Positions 1 to 7,561 of a DNA stretch of 64,000 nt are shown one piece after another. Location: the NCBI GenBank assembly GCA_042571515.1, contig JBHPHX010000001.1, forward strand, positions 9,508-73,507. The letters run 5' to 3'. Position numbers and translations under genes: made by a program. Each line of letters opens with the position of its first letter. Within the stretch, counting starts at the first letter, position 1. Origin of the DNA: Patescibacteria group bacterium (GTDB lineage: Bacteria > Patescibacteriota > WWE3 > UBA101185 > UBA10185). The notes under the pieces were generated by a model that worked only from the letters and a program-made list of their open reading frames with translations, had not been told where the DNA came from and ran no database searches.

Positions 1-116
1 TTAATCCCCATTACCGGAACCACTACCGCTAGGGCGATTATTGAGAAAATCAATATCATCCATACCGACATAAATCTGCCGCCCCTTACATTGGAAGGTG
101 GTACATTAAAAGTCAT
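1..116 (-). CDS. Small membrane protein, runs off the window (MTFNVPPSNVRGGRFMSVWMILIFSIIALAVVVPVMGI...)
   Basis: Hand-translated; ATG at 116 preceded by GAGGTAGG; hydrophobic segment. Confidence 0.5.
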   Translation of the reverse strand, partial: MTFNVPPSNVRGGRFMSVWMILIFSIIALAVVVPVMGI

Positions 117-118
117 TT

Positions 119-403
119 CTAACCTACCTCATCCCAGCCTGTCAATTTCGGAGGTTTGTCTCCTACTTCCCTCTGGTCTATCAGTTCTGGAAGTTCTCCC
201 CCAGCGCTCCATGCACCTACCCCTTCTTTATTGGTGGTAACTCCAACCACTCTAAAATATCCCACACCACAGAGCTCACACCCCTCTTCACATATATCGA
301 GATCTCCAATCGTTGGCATAGGTTCGTCTTCGCGAAGAGTCCTAAAGGACTGACGTACCAAAAGTACAGTGTATTTTCCAGCCTCGTTGTTCGCATCACT
401 CAT
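119..403 (-). CDS. Hypothetical protein with CxxGCxxC cluster (start probably MSDANN)
   Basis: ORF track; AAGGAGG 5 nt before the ATG at 403. Confidence 0.6.
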   Translation of the reverse strand: MSDANNEAGKYTVLLVRQSFRTLREDEPMPTIGDLDICEEGCELCGVGYFRVVGVTTNKEGVGAWSAGGELPELIDQREVGDKPPKLTGWDEVG

Positions 404-430
404 CACAGCCTCCTTATTCATCAACTACCT

Positions 431-595
431 TTATCCAAACACCCAGTTTTGGGCTTCGCTTTCCTTTATGAGTCCAGCCTCTTCAAGATCCTCTCCACAA
501 ATAAGACATTTTCCAGGGCGAAGTGACTTACCAGAGGGGGTGTTCTTGTGTTCCTTGCATACATATTTTTGAACCATTTCCTCACTATCACTCAT
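431..595 (-). CDS. 54-aa heavy-metal-binding-domain-like microprotein
   Basis: Hand-translated MSDSEEMVQKYVCKEHKNTPSGKSLRPGKCLICGEDLEEAGLIKESEAQNWVFG; SD GAGGAGG; YxCxxH...PGKCxxCG pattern. Confidence 0.7.
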   Translation of the reverse strand: MSDSEEMVQKYVCKEHKNTPSGKSLRPGKCLICGEDLEEAGLIKESEAQNWVFG

Positions 596-722
596 TTTTC
601 CTCCTCAAAAACTATTTCTCTTTAATTTCTCAGTAAATTCCAGTACATATTAACACATTTCGCGAAGCGAAATGGTAGCGTAGCGTTTTATTTCGAAGGT
701 GGGGAAGGGGTAGAAAAGAAAA

Positions 723-764
723 AACTGAGGCGTTTGTCTGTAGTTTCTAGACCTAGCCTCAGTT
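723..764 (-). terminator. Intrinsic terminator-like hairpin
   Basis: AACTGAGGC/GCCTCAGTT stem, followed by a U-run on the - strand. Confidence 0.55.
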
Positions 765-786
765 CCTGGAAATTGAAACAAACTGT

Positions 787-939
787 TCACTTCTCGGGTG
801 GGGCGTTGAAGTCAACAACAAGAATATCTCTGTTGTCTTCCAAGATCAGCCTTCTTAAGCACTGATAGATTCCTGGAAATACATAAATAACCCCTGCAGC
901 GATGAGTAAAAATATAAATGGCCAAACTGTCCTAGGCAT
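787..939 (-). CDS. 50-aa single-TM microprotein
   Basis: MPRTVWPFIFLLIAAGVIYVFPGIYQCLRR...; SD AAGGAGGT. Confidence 0.6.
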   Translation of the reverse strand: MPRTVWPFIFLLIAAGVIYVFPGIYQCLRRLILEDNRDILVVDFNAPPEK

Positions 940-963
940 CACAACCTCCTTTTTCCTATAATT

Positions 964-1095
964 CTAATGGTTGGCAGATTTTAAACACCGTGCGCCTGTA
1001 ATTACCCAATCCCTGAGCACGTTAAGAATCACAACTCCCAAACCAATAATATTCCAAAATATCAAGCCGCAAATTTCCATAGCTTTGTTATTCAT
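964..1095 (-). CDS. 43-aa single-TM microprotein
   Basis: MNNKAMEICGLIFWNIIGLGVVILNVLRDW...; SD GGAGGTG. Confidence 0.55.
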   Translation of the reverse strand: MNNKAMEICGLIFWNIIGLGVVILNVLRDWVITGARCLKSANH

Positions 1096-1150
1096 ACCTC
1101 ACCTCCAAAATCAATCTAAGTTGAATAAAGTCTAATTAATATTACCACGT

Positions 1151-2152
1151 TTAGAGTAGGGAAGAGACAGAATCGGGATCTTCTTCTATTTCAATAGGGG
1201 AGGTGCCACCCTCCACATCCTTGTGAAACTTCTTGTGTGTGTCTTTCAGCTGTTTGTTTGTCACATGGGTATATATCTGTGTAGTAGAAACATTTGAATG
1301 TCCAAGAAGTTCCTGTACAGATCTCAAATCGGCACCCTCTTTCAGTAAACCAGTTGCAAAACTATGACGAAGTGTGTGAGGTGTAGCATCAATAGAAATA
1401 CCAGCCCGTATTGTATATTTTTTAACTAAGCGCTGAACACTTCGAACAGTTAAACGTAAAGTTTCTCCTTCATAATCTTCGGGATCCATTTTCTTTCCCG
1501 AATATCTAATGAACAGTGGCTTGAACGGGTCGCTTCGAGTCTCTACGTACCTTGTTAGCCACTCTTTAGCACTCGAACTCAAATAAACTGTCCTTACTTT
1601 TCGCCCTTTTCCTATGACTGTAAACTCGCCAGATTTCAGGTTAACATCGTCAATATTTAAGGCGACAAGCTCTGAAACTCGCAGCCCGGTGCTAAACAAG
1701 GTTTCCAAAATGGCCCTGTCGCGCACCCCAGAGCGCTTATTAAGATCCTGAACCTGAAATAGTCGCTTGAGTTGCTCCTCATTTAGTACCTTTGGTAGTC
1801 GATCCTCAGACTTACCTAAAATAATCTGCTCGGGAGGGATAACCTCAATACCTTCCTCCACAATTAAATATTTAAAAAAGGCACGGATTGCCACTAGAAA
1901 TGTCTTCTGGGTGGATCTTTTGAATTCCTTATTTGACTTGGAACTTATTCGGCGATTCAGATTCACTCGATACTTTTTTATCAAATCCTGATTTAGATCA
2001 CTTATAGAAATTTCATCCTTAGACAGGTATGACTTCATCCATTCCACAAAATCCATTAGATAAAAGTGGTACATTTTTATGGTGTTCTGAGACAGATTTT
2101 TGTCTATCTCACAGAACTCCAGATATTTTGTGATATATTCATCAATTTTCAC
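1151..2152 (-). CDS. xerC: XerC/XerD-family tyrosine recombinase
   Basis: TGLRVSEL, GKGRK, HTLRHSFAT, LLGH, TTQIYTHV: full R-K-H-R-H-Y set. Confidence 0.9.
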   Translation of the reverse strand: MKIDEYITKYLEFCEIDKNLSQNTIKMYHFYLMDFVEWMKSYLSKDEISISDLNQDLIKKYRVNLNRRISSKSNKEFKRSTQKTFLVAIRAFFKYLIVEEGIEVIPPEQIILGKSEDRLPKVLNEEQLKRLFQVQDLNKRSGVRDRAILETLFSTGLRVSELVALNIDDVNLKSGEFTVIGKGRKVRTVYLSSSAKEWLTRYVETRSDPFKPLFIRYSGKKMDPEDYEGETLRLTVRSVQRLVKKYTIRAGISIDATPHTLRHSFATGLLKEGADLRSVQELLGHSNVSTTQIYTHVTNKQLKDTHKKFHKDVEGGTSPIEIEEDPDSVSSLL

Positions 2153-2427
2153 ACAAAGATTCCTTAAAATTGATTCTAGGCGTTTTCGTTGTACCTAAAG
2201 CAAATAATAGGCCTAAATACACCTGAACCTAATCTAATTATATCAAATTGCGACGTTGTGCGGGGATAGGATCCGAAATGTGTGGGATATGCAAAATAAA
2301 TAGAGTGGGGAATCGGGGGCTCTAAAAAATTATTAATAAATAATTAGAAATAATGTCCGAATTTATGAAGACTCTATTTCAATTGTAAAACCCCCGGCGG
2401 GGAAGTTGACAAAGTGCGTGAGGCATC

Positions 2428-2455
2428 ACGTCGTATAATGTATGTTTAACGACCT
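2428..2455. other. Candidate dif-like Xer recombination site
   Basis: ACGTCGTATAA-TGTATG-TTTAACGACCT: 11-6-11 layout, arms 8/11 inverted, ~280 bp upstream of xer. Confidence 0.45.
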
Positions 2456-2899
2456 TATGAGTGGGATTTAACTGCTGTTATAAAAAAGACATACATATTC
2501 AGACCAGATAGGGTGTGGGGTAAATTTGACAAAAGAATTAAATAAGAATTATTAAATTTATTCCCTAAAAATAAATTATATTAAATTATATTTCGGAACA
2601 TTTAATTTTGATTTTTGAATTTAATTTTATTTAATTTCACTCCTTGCCCGGGTTGTCCACACTACTCCTCCCCCCGAACGCGTGACACTTCTACAGAGCC
2701 TGTGACTATAAGGTCTCCAAGTAAATGAGTACAAAATAAGCAATAATCATTTGGGTTTTGTTCGAGAATTATGACAAACGTCCCCATGACAAACTATGAC
2801 AGGGGTTCGTCGAGGTCTAGCACTGTACCCTATAGGATGATAATAAACCCAAACGCAGATTATGGTATTACTCCCCCACCCTTCTACGTCGCACCTGTT

Positions 2900-3694
2900 T
2901 TATGCTTTAAAGAAAACCAAAAGTAGAAGAAAAAATAGGACAATTAATATGTTTTCCGTGACAAGTTTCTTATTTAATTTATTTTTTATGTGTCCGTCCA
3001 CCACCGCTATACTAAACATTAGCACTGATGATATGAACAGCGCTCTTAGAAAGGATTCTGTAGGTATAAATGAAACCGCCAGGTTAGTAGAGTAAATGGT
3101 AAAGAAGGAAAACCCAAGAAGGGTGGTAAGCTCCCCCACTCCACAGTTTTTAACATCGGAGTCATGTTTTGAATTCCAGAAAACATACATTATAAAAAAC
3201 ACAGATATTATCCCGGCGAACAAACCTTGAATAAAAGTATTTAATGGTAATTTAAAAATCCCAGACAAAAGTGGAATCGCCACCGTAATGAGGATTATCT
3301 TACTCCAGGTCTGGGCAACTCTGTACAGAGGTATTGTTTCCCCTCTATCCTCCACCACCAAGAAGATGTTATTTGTCAAAGCAATGATATAAAAGGCAAC
3401 AGCTGAAGCAACTATACCCGCCCACTTGAACACCAGTGTGAAGTTTGGAAAGAATTGTAAAAAGAAATACATTCCCAAAAGCATAGAGAAGGGAAGGGTT
3501 GTCAGGGGTACAATATTTTTAAAGCTCACATTTTCCAAATGGATAATTATACTTGCACTTACACTCAAAACCAAAAACAGAAAACAACCTAAAATGTAAC
3601 TTTCTGGCAAATAAAGAGATGTTAGATAACCAGTTAAGGCGAGAAGGGCGCCTTGTAGACCAAATATTTGTTTTTTTGATAGTTTAAATTTCAT
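2900..3694 (-). CDS. Polytopic membrane protein, unknown function
   Basis: Many hydrophobic segments; ATGA-coupled to ruvC. Confidence 0.8.
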   Translation of the reverse strand: MKFKLSKKQIFGLQGALLALTGYLTSLYLPESYILGCFLFLVLSVSASIIIHLENVSFKNIVPLTTLPFSMLLGMYFFLQFFPNFTLVFKWAGIVASAVAFYIIALTNNIFLVVEDRGETIPLYRVAQTWSKIILITVAIPLLSGIFKLPLNTFIQGLFAGIISVFFIMYVFWNSKHDSDVKNCGVGELTTLLGFSFFTIYSTNLAVSFIPTESFLRALFISSVLMFSIAVVDGHIKNKLNKKLVTENILIVLFFLLLLVFFKA

Positions 3695-4167
3695 TCGTTT
3701 ATTAAGTAGTGATGGTGCAAAGCCATTGCTATACCATCATTTGCATCATCGGGCTTTATTGGCATGCTCAAGCCCAAAATTTCTTTAACCGCCTCCTGCA
3801 TTTCCTTTTTTGATGCTCTGCCGTAGCCCGCCAAAGACTTTTTAACCTGAAGTGCTGTATATTCTACTACTTCAGTGTCATTATGGGCAGCTACTAGCAT
3901 AGACACTCCCCTAGCCTGACCAACGGTCATCGCAGTCTTAGCATTAGTGTTAAAAAACAATTTCTCAATTACAAAAATATCCGGAGAGTGTTCTTTGGCA
4001 ACATCATTTATTCCAGTATACAAAACTTGCAGGCGTTTGGGCATCACAAGGTCTGGCTTGGTTTTTACAACTCCATGGTCTCTTAGTATGGGAGTTTCTT
4101 TTGGTTTTATCTTTATAACCCCCCAACCCATGCTGGCTGTGCCAGGGTCAATTCCCAGAATTATCAT
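3691..4167 (-). CDS. ruvC: Holliday junction resolvase RuvC
   Basis: [34 protein letters not shown]. Confidence 0.95.
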   Translation of the reverse strand: MIILGIDPGTASMGWGVIKIKPKETPILRDHGVVKTKPDLVMPKRLQVLYTGINDVAKEHSPDIFVIEKLFFNTNAKTAMTVGQARGVSMLVAAHNDTEVVEYTALQVKKSLAGYGRASKKEMQEAVKEILGLSMPIKPDDANDGIAMALHHHYLINE

Positions 4168-4690
4168 AGTTGTGGTAAACCTCTTGGACATCGTCATGAT
4201 CCTCAAGCGTATCCAAAAGCCTTTCTACTCTGGTTTCTTCAGAGGAACTTACTAGTGTAAAAAAGGTGGGTTCATACGTTTTAGGGTCAAAAATATAGGA
4301 AGTACTGCCCTGCGTGCTCAGATTACCTCCATTTTTGTCTAATATATTACGAAGTTCGGACACAGTTCTGTTTTTATTATCTGTTAAGCAATAAATCATT
4401 AGGGCACCTCCACCGGGGCCATAGCCCTCATAAGTAACTTCTTCAAATGATTGGTCTCCTAATTCGCCCGTACCTTTCTTTATTGCCTTTGAAATGTTGT
4501 CTTTTGGCATGTTCGTTTCTTTTGCTTTTTGAATTGCAAGTCTGAGGTTGGGATTGGCGTCTGGGTCTCCCCCACCCTGTTTTGCGGCAATGGTAATTAG
4601 ACGACTGATTTTGGAAAATATTTTGCTTTTTTTGGCGTCAGTGGCTTCTTTTTTGCGTTTTATATTGTGCCACTTGGAATGTCCCGACAT
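4148..4690 (-). CDS. yebC: YebC/PmpR-family protein (short form)
   Basis: [35 protein letters not shown]. Confidence 0.95.
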   Translation of the reverse strand: MSGHSKWHNIKRKKEATDAKKSKIFSKISRLITIAAKQGGGDPDANPNLRLAIQKAKETNMPKDNISKAIKKGTGELGDQSFEEVTYEGYGPGGGALMIYCLTDNKNRTVSELRNILDKNGGNLSTQGSTSYIFDPKTYEPTFFTLVSSSEETRVERLLDTLEDHDDVQEVYHNYDNSGN

Positions 4691-4734
4691 ACACCAAGTA
4701 TACTACCTTAATTTAGAAGAATCTAAATTGTAGA

Positions 4735-5457
4735 CTAGGATATTTCTCCAAACTCCTCTTCAATCTCTTTATAGTTAGGGATATTTTTATATAGCCCTTC
4801 AAAATTGATTTTAGATTTTGATGGCGTCATATATTTGTTAATAACTGCCTTTGGAGGAAGACTGATTTCTAAAAAGGCACAAATATCTTTAATGGTGGAA
4901 ATATTTTCCTTCTCGGTTTTTGAAAATAGACTCTCGTAGAATAGATTTATGTAATCTCCCTTTCTATTTTCTTTGAGAAACGTGCCATACGTCCTGTTCA
5001 AACTCTTCCCATAATCTACCATTTCTCTAATTCTCGTCATATCGATGGGTTTTAAATTCTCATAAATTTTTGAGCTGCTTTTCCCTGTTTCTTCTTTCTG
5101 CCACACTGTTGTTTGCTCTGCAACCAACACCGAAACTGCCCCCTGGATATAACCTTTTCTTGCCAGATTTATAATTTTCAAATCATCTCTTTTTAGCATA
5201 TGGAAATATATTTTCTTTGGGAATTGGTACTTAAGTACCTTTAGTGCTGTATGTTTGGAAAGTATCTCATCTAGGGCTTTATCCATAGTACCTTCGTCTA
5301 CGATATATTCACTGTAGTTCCGCTCGTCGGGATTCCATTCAGAATATTTTGGGTGAAAGGGTTCCAAAGCCATCTTCACATCCTTGCTTGCGGACAATGT
5401 TTTTGCTAAAGATGTGCTTCCACTTCTGGCGTTTGCAAAAATAACAAATTTTGACAT
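4735..5457 (-). CDS. Sulfotransferase-fold (Stf0-like) protein
   Basis: N-terminal ARSGSTSL PAPS loop followed by EPF; LFYESL. Confidence 0.7.
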   Translation of the reverse strand: MSKFVIFANARSGSTSLAKTLSASKDVKMALEPFHPKYSEWNPDERNYSEYIVDEGTMDKALDEILSKHTALKVLKYQFPKKIYFHMLKRDDLKIINLARKGYIQGAVSVLVAEQTTVWQKEETGKSSSKIYENLKPIDMTRIREMVDYGKSLNRTYGTFLKENRKGDYINLFYESLFSKTEKENISTIKDICAFLEISLPPKAVINKYMTPSKSKINFEGLYKNIPNYKEIEEEFGEIS

Positions 5458-5485
5458 GTTGTAATTATACACAGGACAGCTCCAA

Positions 5486-5505
5486 CCCCCCCCCCCAAAA
5501 AAAAA
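5486..5505. repeat. C11-A9 homopolymer tract
   Basis: Directly visible; lies in the promoter region of the sulfotransferase-like gene. Confidence 0.9.
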
Positions 5506-6201
5506 CTAGTTTTGAAATTTGACTCTTTCCCCCACAGTTTCATAACTGTCTTTGTTCAACCAAACCCACCCGTTGTTTCTCCACCTAGCCCTACTCAAAC
5601 CAACCATCTTTTCTGCCATTTCATACACATCGTTCATCTTTCTAACTTTCGCTACCTCTCTAATCATCAGTAGTTTTATAAACCACTCCTTAAGTTTATT
5701 TTCACCAACCTGATCTAGGCTATAAAACAAAATTGTGTCAGTAGCAAAATATTCCACATGGGCAACTGGCTCTGGAACTAATGTAGCTATTTTGTTTGAA
5801 AGAAAAACTTCAATAGCCGGTAAATCGAAGAATTTGGCCTTTCCTTTCAGAATATCATCAACATCTAGCTTATCTTCCTTATAAATAGTTTCCTTGTAGT
5901 AATTACCTGTTTTTGGGTCTCGTGGAAAAAGTATTTTAATCGGATGCTTCTGGACTTTAGATCGAGGGCCTTTGTAGGCTTTCTCAACAACAGCGATATC
6001 TATATGTGGGATTCTTTGCTGTATTTCTGGACCGTAGATTGGAACTCCAGTCAATCCAAAACCTACTTCATCAACAAGTCTAACCTCTTCCTTTTTTAGT
6101 TGCCATTCACCATATACTCTTTTATTGAAAAATTTGGCCAATAGCGGCTTTATCTCTTCTAGTTTCTTGATTTCTAACTCAACTTCACGTTTTAGTGTCA
6201 T
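5506..6201 (-). CDS. Hypothetical protein (start probably MTLKRE)
   Basis: Long ORF; TATACT 8 nt before ATG. Confidence 0.75.
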   Translation of the reverse strand: MTLKREVELEIKKLEEIKPLLAKFFNKRVYGEWQLKKEEVRLVDEVGFGLTGVPIYGPEIQQRIPHIDIAVVEKAYKGPRSKVQKHPIKILFPRDPKTGNYYKETIYKEDKLDVDDILKGKAKFFDLPAIEVFLSNKIATLVPEPVAHVEYFATDTILFYSLDQVGENKLKEWFIKLLMIREVAKVRKMNDVYEMAEKMVGLSRARWRNNGWVWLNKDSYETVGERVKFQN

Positions 6202-6267
6202 GTAAGCGTAGTATACCTTATTGCTAATTCGGTTCTGACATCCTCCCCCACTCCACCACACACTTAG

Positions 6268-6295
6268 TTGACAAATGGCGGAATTTTGTTAATCT
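6268..6295 (+). promoter_or_regulatory. Sigma70-type promoter, leaderless
   Basis: TTGACA-16-TAATCT, 7 nt before ATG 6303. Confidence 0.6.
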
Positions 6296-6302
6296 GTGAC
6301 GC

Positions 6303-6938
6303 ATGCGAATTAATGTTTCTGTCCTCAGTAAAAAGGCAGTTAACGCAGCACTAAAACAAAATTGGCCCGAGGCTATTGAGATCAATCAAGAAATCCTAGA
6401 TAAAAATACAGACGACAAAGATGCGAAAATCAGACTGGGGAGAGCATATATGCATACAAATAAATATGCTGCCGCAAAAAAACTTTTCAAAGAAGTCTTA
6501 AACGTCGATCCAATAAACTCCGTTGCCAAAAAAAATTATGAGCTAGCCTCCAAAAATATCAAAGTAAATGGAAACCACATAAATCCCAAATCTTTACTAA
6601 AGGAACCCGGAAAATGTATACAAGTGACTCTTCCACTTGAGTGTAAATCCAAGTTAGAATTTGCCCCAGGGGAAGATCTGCCAATGAAAGTGGGAAGTGC
6701 CACAACTTCAATTTGGAAAGAAAAATCAAAACTTATTACTATTGGAAACGACATAGCCAGAAAACTTTATAAAGCAAAACAATCCGGAAATAATTGTGAA
6801 ACCTGTTTCGTAAAATTCAATGACGAATCAAAGGAAATAACAGTGATAATAAAATGTACTCAACCTATCTTTAAAGGCGAGAAACAACACGAGAAGCCTT
6901 ATGTGAGAATTGCCGGGATGGATCCGAAGGAAGACTAA
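6303..6938 (+). CDS. TPR-repeat protein
   Basis: WPEAIEIN...RLGRAY...LNVDPIN TPR pattern. Confidence 0.8.
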   Translation: MRINVSVLSKKAVNAALKQNWPEAIEINQEILDKNTDDKDAKIRLGRAYMHTNKYAAAKKLFKEVLNVDPINSVAKKNYELASKNIKVNGNHINPKSLLKEPGKCIQVTLPLECKSKLEFAPGEDLPMKVGSATTSIWKEKSKLITIGNDIARKLYKAKQSGNNCETCFVKFNDESKEITVIIKCTQPIFKGEKQHEKPYVRIAGMDPKED

Positions 6939-7561
6939 AACAAATCGTCATCTTCAATCTCTGCTTTACTTTTTCCAACACCCTTATCCTCTGAAATCTT
7001 AGGCGTGAACTTAGCGGGCGGACGCCTGTCGGGTGGTGTACGATTTATTCTTGGAGTTGTTTTTTTCTCTTCTTCTTTTCTACTCTGAGAAAACCCCTCC
7101 ACTTCATCTAGAGTTGCAAAGGGGGCACCCAAATTCTCCTCGGGAAGCAGCACAGTTGCTTGGCTATTAAGTTGTGCTTTTTGAAAATCGGCTGCTGTAT
7201 CTGAAACTCTGTATGAACCACTATCCGTAAGGGCATACCAATCTCCTTCCTTTTTGGTTAGTATCCCATCTGTTTTCTTCCTTTTCACTTTGTTTATGTG
7301 TTTAAAAAGCTTCTTACCATCTTCCTCCACTAACTTTAAAGCATCTCCGTACACTAGCTTGGATTTAGCAGCATAATTTGCCGGAATCTCGTACTCTTTC
7401 CCTTCAGCAGTAACCATATTAAACCCATCAAATGTGCCTACCACACCGTCTACATCGGAATAGTCAATTTTGGGTTTAGTGCTACCCTTGTATTTCTCCA
7501 CCTCCGCCTCAAGATCTTTAATCTTCTTTTCTAGTTGTTTAATCAGATCTTTGTCGCTCAT
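6935..7561 (-). CDS. CPR-type conserved hypothetical protein
   Basis: GTFDGFNM...PANYAAKSKLVYGD motif; coupled to upstream ATPase. Confidence 0.75.
   Translation of the reverse strand: MSDKDLIKQLEKKIKDLEAEVEKYKGSTKPKIDYSDVDGVVGTFDGFNMVTAEGKEYEIPANYAAKSKLVYGDALKLVEEDGKKLFKHINKVKRKKTDGILTKKEGDWYALTDSGSYRVSDTAADFQKAQLNSQATVLLPEENLGAPFATLDEVEGFSQSRKEEEKKTTPRINRTPPDRRPPAKFTPKISEDKGVGKSKAEIEDDDLF

Noticed and set aside
1151-2152. Prophage integrase or integron
   Set aside because: Chromosomal Xer-like motifs; no phage genes, and I saw no attC array
2406-2439. TTGACA...TATAAT promoter
   Set aside because: Spacer is 22 bp and no + strand gene follows
2153-2899. oriC
   Set aside because: Only one near-consensus DnaA box, no dnaA, and genes to the right mostly point toward the region; not excluded, but a terminus fits better
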